Made by a program: the position numbers and the translations under genes | Shown here: positions 33,134 through 43,121 of the stretch, in pieces | Layout: every line of letters begins with the position of its first letter | How positions within the stretch are numbered: the first letter of the stretch is position 1 | The notes under the pieces: generated by a model | Databases searched by the model: none | Told to the model about the DNA's origin: nothing | What the model saw: the letters and a program-made list of their open reading frames with translations, nothing else | Source: a virus | Taxonomy: Duplodnaviria > Caudoviricetes | DNA: 51,875 nt | IMG/VR virus record: IMGVR_UViG_3300020109_000029 | Location: 1-51,875 of that record | Direction: 5' to 3' (one strand)

Positions 33134-34156
33134 TCAGGCGGCGCGCTTGATCTGGATCGTCTCGTCGCACCGGCACGCGATGATCTCGGCGGCCGGGGCT
33201 CCAAGGCTGGTGTCGCCGGGATAGCGCATCAGCGCCCCGCTGGAGCTCTGGAAGGGCTGGTCGAGCCCTCTGACCTGTTGCCCGTTCATATCCGCGTGCG
33301 TGTCGCGGGTGCGGCTGTCGCCTACCGCCGACCAGCCCCGAACGATGTCTTGCGCAGTGACGCGGCCTTCGTCGACCAGCTGCTGATAGGCCTCGTGCTT
33401 GGCCGCTCGGATGGCTGGCAATGCCTCAGTCCGGGCGATGACCTCGCCGCGAAGCGTCAGAAGTCCGTTTTCATAGTCGATCAGAAGGCGGCGAGCAGTT
33501 GCAGCATCCACCTTGCGCCCCTCGGACAGCGCCTTGGTGACAACCCTGTCGAGTTGCTTGTTTCGCCGCTTACGTCCGAGGTAGTTCTTCAGCCCCTTCG
33601 GATCTGGCGATGCCAACTCTCGCCGCGCTTCTTCGATATAGACCCGCTGCGGCGGCGATAGGCCGATTAGACCGCCCTCTCGACGCCTTGTGACCCGATT
33701 GACCCGCCCGACTAGATCCAGCGCCACAGAGCGCGGATGACGGCCGGAAGCCATACCCTCGGCGAGCAACGCCCGAGCCTGTTCACGTTCGTTTTCGACT
33801 AATCCGGTGATCAAACGGCCCGCCATCGCGCGTATGATCTGAGCGGCCCTCTGATTGCCGGGGTCGAACCGGAAGCCGATCGACACCGCAGCGGGCATGG
33901 TCGCAACGGCCCCGCGCCCCCCGGCGATGAAAGCTTCGTTGATCTTGGTCTCTAAGCCTGAGAAGGCGGCCCGGTTGATGTGCAGCGCGTCCAGCGCGGC
34001 GCTGAGGTCGCCCTGCCGAATGGCCGCGACCAGCCGTTGAAGGTCGACGCCCGACCCCAGCTCGGCGATGGCCTCCCGGAAAGCCTCGGCGACCTCCAAG
34101 CCGAACTTCGCCGCCAGCTCTCGAAAGAACTGTCGTTGCGTCGGGCGTCTCGCCAT
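33134..34156 (-). CDS. MuF/SPP1 gp7-like minor head protein
   Basis: IARTE, W..VGDSRTRDTH..MNGQ, YPGD, CRC. Confidence 0.9.
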   Translation of the reverse strand: MARRPTQRQFFRELAAKFGLEVAEAFREAIAELGSGVDLQRLVAAIRQGDLSAALDALHINRAAFSGLETKINEAFIAGGRGAVATMPAAVSIGFRFDPGNQRAAQIIRAMAGRLITGLVENEREQARALLAEGMASGRHPRSVALDLVGRVNRVTRRREGGLIGLSPPQRVYIEEARRELASPDPKGLKNYLGRKRRNKQLDRVVTKALSEGRKVDAATARRLLIDYENGLLTLRGEVIARTEALPAIRAAKHEAYQQLVDEGRVTAQDIVRGWSAVGDSRTRDTHADMNGQQVRGLDQPFQSSSGALMRYPGDTSLGAPAAEIIACRCDETIQIKRAA

Positions 34157-34160
34157 GTGG

Positions 34161-34427
34161 CTAAGGCTCTTGCGCCAGCGTCTGCGTGGCGGCGCGCGCC
34201 ATGAGGTTCAGATAGCTCTCGGCGTGGGCCATGCCGGCGGCGTGGAGCCTGGCCTGATCTTCGGGCGGATCGCCGCGAACGATGGACCGCTGAAGCTCGT
34301 CGGCCGCCGAGGTGATGTCCTGAAGCGCGTTCGTCGCCAGCGCCATCGCGATCTTGTGCGGGGCGTCGCTCTCTTCGACGGGCTGATAGAACTCGCTCAC
34401 CGGCGAGACAGTCGCACAACCGGACAT
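34161..34427 (-). CDS. Hypothetical protein
   Basis: Fills the gap between the connector and MuF genes. Confidence 0.55.
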   Translation of the reverse strand: MSGCATVSPVSEFYQPVEESDAPHKIAMALATNALQDITSAADELQRSIVRGDPPEDQARLHAAGMAHAESYLNLMARAATQTLAQEP

Positions 34428-34428
34428 G

Positions 34429-34914
34429 TCAGCCAACCGCCCACAGGCCGAAAGCAGCAACGCCATCTGGCTTAAGGAAGGGGGCAAGCATGCTCTCGAC
34501 GAGAGGGAGGCGGACACGCGCGTCGGCCGCAGCATCACCGGACCCCTCGAAATACTCGGTCTCAAGCACGTCGATCTTCTTGCGCTTGATCGCGCCGGCC
34601 TGGGTTGCCGATGGGCTCAGCGAGCCTTCGTTATTCGCCTCATGCCAGGCGGCGGCATAAGAGGCGTTGACGATGGCAATAGGGATGGTGGCGGGGTCGA
34701 TGGTCTGGCCGCGAACCACGGCGCCAGTGCGGCCCCAGGCGCGCTCTTGGTCATACCCAGCAGTCCGGACGCCGTGGAAGCGGTCTTCAAACCCGTCGAC
34801 GTAGTCGGAGCCCCGCTGACGCAGGACGGCAGGGGACGGCGCGGACACGGGCAGCTGATGGCCGTTACTGACCAGCCAAGCCGAGAATCCCGCGTCCGAA
34901 CCATATCCCGCCAA
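34429..34914 (-). CDS. Head-tail connector (DnaT-like domain)
   Basis: GSDYVD..F.G...Q..AW.R; KIDVLETEY. Confidence 0.8.
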   Translation of the reverse strand: MAGYGSDAGFSAWLVSNGHQLPVSAPSPAVLRQRGSDYVDGFEDRFHGVRTAGYDQERAWGRTGAVVRGQTIDPATIPIAIVNASYAAAWHEANNEGSLSPSATQAGAIKRKKIDVLETEYFEGSGDAAADARVRLPLVESMLAPFLKPDGVAAFGLWAVG

Positions 34915-34919
34915 GTGTC

Positions 34920-35237
34920 TTACTCCGCCGGCTTGGCGTCGGCCACGAACGCGGCCTTGTCTTCATCCGACAGTTCGTTGAAGGCGTCGGCGTCGGCCTT
35001 GGACAGGCCCGACTGAACGACTTTCTCGCCGCGGGTGATGTTGAACTTGCCGCCGCCGTGGTGCTCGGCCTTGAGGCCGTCGTTGGTGACGGCGGTCTTG
35101 CCCTTGCCGTCGCCCTCGATGGTCTCGAAGCGGCCGGCCCAGGCCGTGGGCTCTTCCTTGACGGTCAGCTCGGTGCCGACCGGGATTTCCTGGCCCTTGC
35201 CGTCGTAGATGCCGCCACCAGTAATACGGATACGCAT
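34920..35237 (-). CDS. Small head-associated protein
   Basis: AAAGGA RBS; strongly GC3-biased codons. Confidence 0.75.
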   Translation of the reverse strand: MRIRITGGGIYDGKGQEIPVGTELTVKEEPTAWAGRFETIEGDGKGKTAVTNDGLKAEHHGGGKFNITRGEKVVQSGLSKADADAFNELSDEDKAAFVADAKPAE

Positions 35238-35330
35238 CGCAGTTCCTTTCTAGTGCCGCCGGTCGATATGACCTATTTTCATGGCACGTTTCGCGCTAAG
35301 CTGGCCGGACCACCAGCGAGGATTTTTGGG

Positions 35331-35909
35331 ATGTCCGAGACGCCGATTTGCTCAGTCAAAGACTGCGTCCGGCCGGTGAAGTTTCGTGGCCTTTGCCGGC
35401 CTCATTACCGACGCTGGAAGGCGCACGGCGAGGCGACGGCTGGTGGCGCATCGCCCGCTATGCGTCTTGCTTTTGTAGATCAGGCCGTGGTCCACGCTGG
35501 ACCTGACTGCTTGATCTGGCCTTACGGACGAAATGGCCGAGGGTATGCCGAGATCAAGAGCAAGGGCCGGTCGACGGGGGTCCACCGGATAGTCTGCGCT
35601 CGGGTCCATGGAGCCGCTGGCCCAGGAATGGAAGCGGCCCACTCTTGCGGGCGAGGCCACGAGGGCTGCGTAAGCGGCGGTCACCTGTCTTGGAAGAGCA
35701 GGATGGAAAACCAGCTCGACCGGGTCGATCACGGAACTTGGCCTATTGGCGAACAGTCGCCCAGAGCGAAGGTTACCGACGACGATGTACGCTCGATCCG
35801 GGCGGCCGCGTCCACAGCCACCCAAGGCGAACTTGCGAGGGTATACGGCGTCTCACGTCAGCAGATCGGAAACATCCAGTCCCGCAAGTCATGGGGGCAT
35901 ATCGATTGA
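35331..35909 (+). CDS. HNH homing endonuclease, antisense within the head operon
   Basis: CSVKDC..LCRPHY; CLIWP; AAHSCGRGHEGCV..HLSW...EN; C-terminal HTH. Confidence 0.88.
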   Translation: MSETPICSVKDCVRPVKFRGLCRPHYRRWKAHGEATAGGASPAMRLAFVDQAVVHAGPDCLIWPYGRNGRGYAEIKSKGRSTGVHRIVCARVHGAAGPGMEAAHSCGRGHEGCVSGGHLSWKSRMENQLDRVDHGTWPIGEQSPRAKVTDDDVRSIRAAASTATQGELARVYGVSRQQIGNIQSRKSWGHID

Positions 35910-35949
35910 GGATGAGGGAAGGGCCCGGCCAGAGCCAGGCCCCGCCGCC

Positions 35950-37017
35950 TTAGTTGATCACCGTGGACGCGAACACGCCGCTCTTGCCCGCATAGTCACC
36001 GCGGACTTCAATGCCCATGGCTCCCATTACAAGAAACTGATAATTATCAGTAGGATTGAGCCGGGTGATCGCCGTGGTGTTGACCGCCATGCCGATCAGC
36101 GGGCGCACATACCGGGCGTTCGGCACGAAGCCGAAGAACTGGTTGCCCGAGAGCTTCCAGGTCACCTCGATCTTGGCGATCCGACGATTGCGGGCGACGA
36201 ACTCACGCACCGTGCCGGTCTTGAAGCCTTCCGCCGTGGAATAGGAGCGATCCCACGACCGGGCGATGTCCGGCGAGATGTAGAGGTTGACGGCCTCGGT
36301 GATCAGGTTGGCGTCCAGCATGGCGCCGAACGGCCCCACGAAGAACGCTTCCAGCTCATCCGGAGTGGCGGTCGTCAGATCGATGTTGGCGCCGCCCGAG
36401 CCGGAACCGAGGTTGATCAGCTTCGTCAGCGGCGAGTTGCGCACGCCGTAGGCGGTGTAGCCCTGGAACTTGATGTTCGCATCGCCGTCCAGCGCGTAGT
36501 CCGCCATGTTGCGATTGATCTTGTCCAGCGAGCCTTCCTGATCGTCCGCCAGGGCGTCGAAGTTGGCGGCCTGCAGGGTGTTCCATTCGCGCCATTCCCG
36601 GCCGTAGGCGTCCGAGAAGATCGGCACGACGGTGCCCCGGTAGTCATAGACCGTCTTGTCCATGGCGACCGGCACTTGGCCCGACAGCGAACGGACGACC
36701 GGGTTGTTGGTGTCCGAGGCGACGCGGGTCAGGTGGGCCATGGTGCCGATGTTCACCGGCTTGGCCAGGGCCATCAGGTCGCGCATGAAGGGCTGACCGC
36801 CATCGTCCCGCATGACGCGGGTGGTGATGGTGTCCAGCTCCAGCCAGGCGTCGCGCGGCAGGACGGCTGAGGCGTTGGTGACGCCGGCCATCTCGCCGTA
36901 GAGGGCGGCGTGACCGTCCTCGACCCGGTGGAAGTGCTCGCGGGCCACGCTCAGTTCGCCCCACCATTGCTGGTGCGGACGCGAGTTGGCGACGAGCTGT
37001 TCGTCGAAGTAGCGCAT
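35950..37017 (-). CDS. Major capsid protein
   Basis: 355 aa after scaffold and decoration genes; AAGGAGG RBS; strong codon bias. Confidence 0.88.
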   Translation of the reverse strand: MRYFDEQLVANSRPHQQWWGELSVAREHFHRVEDGHAALYGEMAGVTNASAVLPRDAWLELDTITTRVMRDDGGQPFMRDLMALAKPVNIGTMAHLTRVASDTNNPVVRSLSGQVPVAMDKTVYDYRGTVVPIFSDAYGREWREWNTLQAANFDALADDQEGSLDKINRNMADYALDGDANIKFQGYTAYGVRNSPLTKLINLGSGSGGANIDLTTATPDELEAFFVGPFGAMLDANLITEAVNLYISPDIARSWDRSYSTAEGFKTGTVREFVARNRRIAKIEVTWKLSGNQFFGFVPNARYVRPLIGMAVNTTAITRLNPTDNYQFLVMGAMGIEVRGDYAGKSGVFASTVIN

Positions 37018-37030
37018 GGTCCGGGCCTCC

Positions 37031-37480
37031 TTAGGCGACGGCCGTGTTGCGACGAGCCACGCGCGCACGCACGAGCTGGTCGGAACCGGTGTTGTTGTTG
37101 AAGGCCTCTTCGGCGACGACGGCGACGTTCTGGCCGGTCGTCGCCAGGACGAACTTGCCCGAGGCGTTGGTGGCCAGCTTGGCGCCGCGCGCGACGTTCA
37201 CGCCCGTGGGAACGCGGACGTTGAAGAACTGCTCGTCCAGCGCTTCCATGCCGATGACGGTGTCGCCGGCGGGCCAGGCGTCATCCACGCCCTTGAGGGC
37301 GAGATAGTTGTCCTGGACGATGTAGAGCTTCTCGCCGCTGTTCGCTCCAGCCTGAGCGAAGTTGGCGCCGGACTCCACCAGGGCAGTGCCGGGCAGGACC
37401 GCGGCGGCGCAGATGCGCTCCTGGACCTGCGGCGTCGGCTCCGTCACCGGGCCGGCGTAGATCTTGTTGAAGCGGGCCAT
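37031..37480 (-). CDS. Head decoration protein
   Basis: Position; GGAGG RBS. Confidence 0.75.
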   Translation of the reverse strand: MARFNKIYAGPVTEPTPQVQERICAAAVLPGTALVESGANFAQAGANSGEKLYIVQDNYLALKGVDDAWPAGDTVIGMEALDEQFFNVRVPTGVNVARGAKLATNASGKFVLATTGQNVAVVAEEAFNNNTGSDQLVRARVARRNTAVA

Positions 37481-37483
37481 GGA

Positions 37484-38905
37484 TCAGCCCTCCTTCTTGG
37501 CGGCGGCCGGCAGCTTGAAGCTGGGCTTGGTGTCGCCGCCCGGCAGCTTGAAGCCGCTGTTGGCGATGGGGGCCGCTTCCTTCGGCTCGGCCTGCTTGGC
37601 CAGGGCGCGGGCGGCGTTGATGGTGAGTTCGCCGGCGGCGGCCTCGTCCATCAGGTTGGCCTTGACGATCTTGCCGCGCAGCTCGGTCAGTTCGGCCTCA
37701 TCCTTGGCCTTCTGGTCGTTCTGCAGGGCCGTGAGCTGGTCAGTGACCGGCTTCAGGGCTTCCGCGACCACGTTGCCGATCGCCGCAGCGATGGCTTCGG
37801 GCTTGGTGCTCTCCGAGAGGGCGTCAACCTTCTGGGAAAGCGCGTCGAATTGGACCTTGTCCATATCGTCCTCGTCTTTCGTATTGTTGGTGGAGGGTTG
37901 TGGCCGCCCGCTGCCCGAAAGGGCCTCGATGAGAGCCGTCTTGACGCGCTCTAGCCACGACGCACGTTCGCGCCGGTCCAGAGCCTGGGCGAGGTGTTCC
38001 AGCGCCCAATCGACCCCGCGCTCAGCATCCTCGGTGAGGGTGCTGTTCACGACGCCGATCTCTTCGCCCGCCGAGTTGACCATCATGCCGACGCCCTGTT
38101 CCGGGGTGGCCGCGCCGTCTTCGTCCAGAAGGATGGCGTCGTGGTCGAACTCGATGTCGCGAGCGGTGAACTTGTAGGGGACATCGCCATTGGCGGCGTC
38201 CAGCATGGCCAGCAGGCCGGTGGAGGTGTGGACCGGATCGCCCTTGTCGATCGCGTTCAGGACACGCTTGCCGCCCTGGCACTGGTTGGCGCGCTCCACG
38301 TCGATGACCTTGTCCAGAAGGACGCGGCCCTTCTCCTGGCGGACGTTCTCGTTCCAGGCGCCGATCCAGCCCTGGTTCAGGCCCTCGGGATCACGGGCGG
38401 ACAGGAACTTGCCGTTGACCGACGGATGGCCCAGCGGGGCCGGGGTGCGCTCCAGCGACTTGAACGACTTCGCGATCTCGGCCGCCGGATACAGGATGTC
38501 GTTCATCACGACGTCGTCCGGCAGGGTGGCGGAGGGGACGATGATCACGTCCCGACCATTGCGCTTCTCCCGGCGGATCGCCGCCGAGTTGGCCAAGGTG
38601 CGGATGTTGACGCGGACCTGTGCTCCGGCAATGAGGGCCTTGTTGACGCGGACGGCATCATTCATGGACGCCATGTCACCGCGAGACGATGACTCGCCGG
38701 TCAAGGCGCTTAGTGCCTCGACCATCATGTCCATCATCGCATGCTGCGATTCCTCACCGGCTGCGCCTGTAGTGGGGGCCGTGCCGTTCATATGTTTCTT
38801 GTGAAGAGCAATCGCGTCCTGCAATTTGGCTTTGGCCAGCGCGATATCTTTCGTCCGATCCTTGTTCACGACGAACGTGCGGGCGTTCACGTCATGCTGT
38901 TGCAC
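37484..38905 (-). CDS. Prohead protease/scaffold (DUF2213-like)
   Basis: LGHP, STG, FDHDAILLDEDGAATPEQGVG; helical C-terminus. Confidence 0.85.
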   Translation of the reverse strand: MQQHDVNARTFVVNKDRTKDIALAKAKLQDAIALHKKHMNGTAPTTGAAGEESQHAMMDMMVEALSALTGESSSRGDMASMNDAVRVNKALIAGAQVRVNIRTLANSAAIRREKRNGRDVIIVPSATLPDDVVMNDILYPAAEIAKSFKSLERTPAPLGHPSVNGKFLSARDPEGLNQGWIGAWNENVRQEKGRVLLDKVIDVERANQCQGGKRVLNAIDKGDPVHTSTGLLAMLDAANGDVPYKFTARDIEFDHDAILLDEDGAATPEQGVGMMVNSAGEEIGVVNSTLTEDAERGVDWALEHLAQALDRRERASWLERVKTALIEALSGSGRPQPSTNNTKDEDDMDKVQFDALSQKVDALSESTKPEAIAAAIGNVVAEALKPVTDQLTALQNDQKAKDEAELTELRGKIVKANLMDEAAAGELTINAARALAKQAEPKEAAPIANSGFKLPGGDTKPSFKLPAAAKKEG

Positions 38906-38965
38906 GCGCGCCTCCTTCGGATTGTGGATGTGGTCAGGACTCGGCGGCCGGGTCGTCTTCGGGGG

Positions 38966-39553
38966 CTAAGTCAGCCAAGCCCAAGTCGCGCCCGATGAGA
39001 TCAGGCTGATAGTTGCTCTGGCCACGCCGAAGCGTTCGGCAATGGCTTCGTGCGTCATAGTGCCGAAGAGACGCCGCACCTCGCGAACGTCATCCTCTGT
39101 CAGTCGAGAGTTGGCGTGGTCCGAACCGACAATCAGCGTGCCGTGCGCCTTCTTGTCCGCCTCGTTCTCAGCGTGCGTCTTCCATGACAGGTGAGCCGGA
39201 GCGACGCATCCCTCATGACCGCGCCCGCAGGAGTGAGCGGCTTCGTGACCGGACGTCGGCGGTGCGCCGTGCGCGAACTCACAGATGATCCGATAGGCTC
39301 GACGAGACCGGTGCGCTGGGTGACCGCCGTTGGCGTAGCCGTTCTTGTCGCGGGCAAAGGGCCAGATCAGGCAGTCGCTGCCGTCGTGCTTCAGAGCGAC
39401 TTCGTCGATCCATTCTTTGACGGCGCCGTTGCGTGTTCCACCCGCCAGTTCGTCACCGTGTCGGCGCCAGCGCCGATAGTGGGATTCACACCAGCCACGC
39501 GCCAAGTGCGGCTTGCCGCAGCCGTCGATTTTGCATACCGCAGGGGTAGCCAT
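38966..39553 (-). CDS. HNH homing endonuclease, paralog of 35331-35909
   Basis: CKIDGC..WCESHY; CLIWP; AAHSCGRGHEGCV..HLSWKT..EN. Confidence 0.88.
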   Translation of the reverse strand: MATPAVCKIDGCGKPHLARGWCESHYRRWRRHGDELAGGTRNGAVKEWIDEVALKHDGSDCLIWPFARDKNGYANGGHPAHRSRRAYRIICEFAHGAPPTSGHEAAHSCGRGHEGCVAPAHLSWKTHAENEADKKAHGTLIVGSDHANSRLTEDDVREVRRLFGTMTHEAIAERFGVARATISLISSGATWAWLT

Positions 39554-39624
39554 GGCGAACCTCATCCGTTCGTTGTGGTTAGGCTCGGCGGGGCGCTTCC
39601 AACACCTCGTCGAGCCGATATACC

Positions 39625-41025
39625 TTAGCTTCTTTCGCGCTTCCCCCCAAGCACATCAGCGTCATCGTCAGGCGACCCGAGCGCGTCTCGCTCCTCATCT
39701 TCCGAGACCTCATCCCCGAACTTATCGGCGTCGCTGAGCGGCTCGCGCCCGACTTCCGAGCGCATCTCATCGCCAGTGAAGACCAACTCATTGGAGGCGC
39801 GCATCTTGTCGTTGACGGCAGCCATTCGTTCGACCCGCTCAAGCATTTCATTCGGGGAGGGGTCGAGCAGGCTCTTCCAGTCCAAGAACCAGTCCTTCGC
39901 CGGCAGGATGCCGAAGCGCTCCAGGCGGTTTACGAAGCCCATGATCGACGGGATCGCCTGATTGGTCCGCCGGGCCATGTTGACCTTGGCCCATTCCTCG
40001 CTGTCCTCGGTCGAGGCGCGTTCGCCGGTCTGGGAACCGATCAGCACCTTCATCGGGATCGAGAACGATGCCGCGAACGATTGCGCGGCCACCGCGAAGA
40101 AGTGCTCAGGGGAGGGCAGGGTGACCTGCATCGGGGTCGCCTTGATGCCCTGCAGAAGCAGCGACTTGTCGAAGCCGGCGTTGAAGCCCTCGACCTGCTC
40201 GTCGATCTTGTCCACGACCTCCGTGACTGGCACGCCCATGGTGGCGGCCATGTTCTCGACCTTGGCGTCCTTGTCGATCTCCAGAGACAGGCCGGACTTA
40301 GCGTTTTTCCAGAAGCCCTCGCCGCCGCCGCCCCGGATCTTCTCCATGTCAAGAAGGGCGTTGTATCCGGGCTCCAGGGCCGACCGACCGTTCAGCGTCC
40401 CGTCCCGCGACCAGATGACGACCCTATCGGGGTGGATCTCGAACTGGCGCGGCTGCTTTTGCTGACCGACGGCGCTCTCACTGAACTGGAACATCAGCGG
40501 CTGGCCGTAGGTCTTGGACCGTTCGTCCGTGTCCCACTGGCTGACAGTCAGTTGGCCCTCCCATGCCGGGATGACCTCGACCAGGCCCTCCAGGCCGCCG
40601 GGCACACGCTCCACAGGCTCCTTGAACTGCCGGCTGTCAGCCAAGCGCAGGATCAGCCCCGAATAGGCGCCGACCAGACCGCGGCGGTCGCACTCGGCCA
40701 GATGCTGCCAGACGCGAAGATCACCGAAGCGCTGGCGGATGTCCGCCTCGACCATCGTCTCCCCTTGGTCGCCGCTTTCGGTGCCGTCCCGCTGGTACTC
40801 CTGCAGGAAGGGGTTGTCTTCCCAGGTCTTGCCGATGGTTTTGTCCACCGCCGCCCGAGCCAGAGGATTGCGGCAGTAGGCGTCGAACGCCAGGGGAAAC
40901 GTGACCTGATCGGGATAGCCGAAGTCGGCAGCATGGTTGTGCTTCTGGGCCCCGAAGAAGTAGCCGGGGAACATGGCCTGCAGCGAGCGGCTCGCGACGT
41001 TGGCCAGAAGGTGACGCGCGCTCAT
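39625..41025 (-). CDS. Portal protein (DUF1073-like)
   Basis: Follows terL; IHPDRV, GGGGEGFWKNA, LIGSQTGERASTED. Confidence 0.88.
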   Translation of the reverse strand: MSARHLLANVASRSLQAMFPGYFFGAQKHNHAADFGYPDQVTFPLAFDAYCRNPLARAAVDKTIGKTWEDNPFLQEYQRDGTESGDQGETMVEADIRQRFGDLRVWQHLAECDRRGLVGAYSGLILRLADSRQFKEPVERVPGGLEGLVEVIPAWEGQLTVSQWDTDERSKTYGQPLMFQFSESAVGQQKQPRQFEIHPDRVVIWSRDGTLNGRSALEPGYNALLDMEKIRGGGGEGFWKNAKSGLSLEIDKDAKVENMAATMGVPVTEVVDKIDEQVEGFNAGFDKSLLLQGIKATPMQVTLPSPEHFFAVAAQSFAASFSIPMKVLIGSQTGERASTEDSEEWAKVNMARRTNQAIPSIMGFVNRLERFGILPAKDWFLDWKSLLDPSPNEMLERVERMAAVNDKMRASNELVFTGDEMRSEVGREPLSDADKFGDEVSEDEERDALGSPDDDADVLGGKRERS

Positions 41026-42335
41026 CAGCGGTGGCGCTTCGAAAGGAACATGGCGACGGTCGATTGCTCGCCCAGCATCAGTTCAGTCAGAGCCCAGACC
41101 AAGGCATCGGCGCGGTCAGGCGATCCTTCGCCGACGAAGCCAGCGGCAGTGAAGTTGCACATCTGGTCCTCCAAGTCGGGGAAGTCGCCGACATGCGAAA
41201 CGAGGCCTTGCTCGTAGAGAGCGGACACAGGCTCGGCCCGGACCACCTTGCCCCGGCTGGCCTTCACGTCGTGGTAGGCAACCAGCTTGTCCGCCGTCTG
41301 GACGACGAACCTAACCATGTCCCCGCCGAAGTTGGATTCGCCGACGATCCGATCGGCGTTGAACTCTTTGTAGGCCGTCACCGCCATGCGGCCCCAGCCG
41401 TCCGGTGATAGCTGGCATGTCCGATCCGCCAGGATATACGCCCGGCCATCGACGCCCTTGCCGGCGACCACGATGCCGATGTCATCCCCGCCGCCATCGC
41501 CCTTCGTGCCGGAGGGGTCCACCGCGACCACGATGCGCTGCATGGCCGGTGCGGCGTCCTCGGCGATCCGCGTGCTGTCGATGCCCGGCATCACCCGGCC
41601 ATCTGGCGCCAGACGATCTTCCAAGGTCCACAGCGCTCCGTTGACCTCTGACGCCCACTCGCCGCGCTCAAACCGCTGCCGCTTCGCCGCGGACATCCCC
41701 GCGAGGATTTCGAAGTACTTCGGCGGAAGGTTCGCCTCGTTGTCCCTCGGGTTCACCAGCATCTCGACGTAGTCGTCGGGGTCGGGAAGCGCCTCTTTCG
41801 TCCCGGGCTTCAGCTTGAGGCGGAAGAGTTGGAACGACCAGTGCAGTTTGGATGGCGGGTTGCAGTCGAAGTAGGCCTTGAGAGCGAGGCCGCTGTTCTC
41901 AGCCAGGCGGGACATCGCCACTTCGATGGAGGACCAGGGGATCTGGCTGCTCTCGTTGAAGTAGATGGTCGAGTACTCGCCGCCGAGTATCTTCTCGACC
42001 CGAGCTTTATCGTCCAAGCCGCCGAGGATCAGCTGCGACCCGTTCGGAAAGGTCGCAACCAGGTCAGTCTCGTTTAGGTCCAGCGGCACGTCCGGAAAGC
42101 AGAGCCGCATCACCTTCGGAAAGGTGTCCTTCCAGATCGACGCCTTCGCATGATTGAATCGGAAGCGAAACACAGCGTGCTTGCTATTCGCCGCCTTCAT
42201 CGCGCGGATGCACATCGCCCGGATAATCAGGAACGTCTTGCCAGAGCGCGACCCGCCCCGGAGCATGATGTTCGTCGCCTTGCTGGCGAGAAGCCTATTC
42301 GCCTCCCGCTGCTTCGGCGTCAACGAGAACGCCAC
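41025..42335 (-). CDS. terL: Terminase large subunit
   Basis: Walker A GGSRSGKT; YFNES; DCNP; VAVDPS; SPDRADAL. Confidence 0.95.
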   Translation of the reverse strand: MAFSLTPKQREANRLLASKATNIMLRGGSRSGKTFLIIRAMCIRAMKAANSKHAVFRFRFNHAKASIWKDTFPKVMRLCFPDVPLDLNETDLVATFPNGSQLILGGLDDKARVEKILGGEYSTIYFNESSQIPWSSIEVAMSRLAENSGLALKAYFDCNPPSKLHWSFQLFRLKLKPGTKEALPDPDDYVEMLVNPRDNEANLPPKYFEILAGMSAAKRQRFERGEWASEVNGALWTLEDRLAPDGRVMPGIDSTRIAEDAAPAMQRIVVAVDPSGTKGDGGGDDIGIVVAGKGVDGRAYILADRTCQLSPDGWGRMAVTAYKEFNADRIVGESNFGGDMVRFVVQTADKLVAYHDVKASRGKVVRAEPVSALYEQGLVSHVGDFPDLEDQMCNFTAAGFVGEGSPDRADALVWALTELMLGEQSTVAMFLSKRHR

Positions 42336-42336
42336 C

Positions 42337-42774
42337 CTAAAGCTCGGCGTCGTCCGGCGAGATGTTGATGCTGATGCCGCCGCCGAGGTTCAGGTCAACC
42401 TTGTCGCCGTACCGCTTCGGGTCCCACTTCGCGAGAAGCTTCAGCCGGGTCTCGATCCGGAGCTTGGCGCGCTGGACAAACTCGGTGTTGCAGACCTCGT
42501 GTTCGTCTCCAACAACTCGCACGTCGCCCGATTTGTCGTCGGCGATGTCAAGGCACTCAGCCGCCAGGGCGTCAAAACCTTCCTCGCGCGCGCGGGCGAT
42601 GCTGGCGGAAAAGTCGGAACGGGCCTCTCGCCAATCCCCCACGGTTCTAACCGCGGGCATTCTTTCGTCACGGCAAATCGAGGCCATCGGCTCACCCTTG
42701 GCCAGCCGCTCGCAAATCTCCTTGGCGATAGCTTCGGTGAACTTGCTGGGCCGGCCTATAGGCTTCTTCGCCAT
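42337..42774 (-). CDS. terS: Terminase small subunit
   Basis: GRPSKFT...ICERLAKGE; LAKWDPKRYGDK. Confidence 0.9.
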   Translation of the reverse strand: MAKKPIGRPSKFTEAIAKEICERLAKGEPMASICRDERMPAVRTVGDWREARSDFSASIARAREEGFDALAAECLDIADDKSGDVRVVGDEHEVCNTEFVQRAKLRIETRLKLLAKWDPKRYGDKVDLNLGGGISINISPDDAEL

Positions 42775-42996
42775 GCTGGCCTCCAATCTCCGCCGGTTCT
42801 TGGCCGCCTTAGCCGCAAGCAATGAGAACCCGAGCCAGCACGGCTTTACCCTATGCGGGAGGCGGTCCTTCGCACCCCGTGAACTCGGCAAGGGAGTGTT
42901 GAGAGAGCCGGTCGGGTGTAGGTATCCGCGCCTCAGCGCCGCTCTAGTTCAAGCTGTCGCTGTGGATCGATGTTGTCGGCGGGGCGCGGAATGGGG

Positions 42997-43116
42997 TCAT
43001 GCGGGTCGGACGCTACTCCGACGAGGGTGCGGGTCGGTTCCCATTTACCGGCGCTCGCCGATCTGCGCCGATCCTCTTCCTGACGGGCAGTCAAGGGCCG
43101 CCTGGCCGCCGCATGA
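42997..43116 (-). ncRNA. tRNA-like cloverleaf element 2 (non-canonical)
   Basis: 8-bp closing stem TCATGCGG/CCGCATGA, CG linker, GCC-AGGC-GGC arm, TGAC/GTCA arm, GAGG/CCTC long arm, GTCGG-AGTAGCGT-CCGAC arm adjoining the 3' strand. Confidence 0.65.
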
Positions 43117-43121
43117 TAGGC

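Noticed and set aside
39625-41025. Anti-CBASS Acb1 label sometimes attached to DUF1073 proteins
   Set aside because: Size and position between terL and the protease indicate a portal; I see no paired HxT phosphoesterase motifs.
35746-41217. Long + strand ORFs opposite head genes (35746-36870, 37016-37954, 40081-41217) and similar ones elsewhere
   Set aside because: Typical shadow ORFs of high-GC genes with no recognisable motifs.
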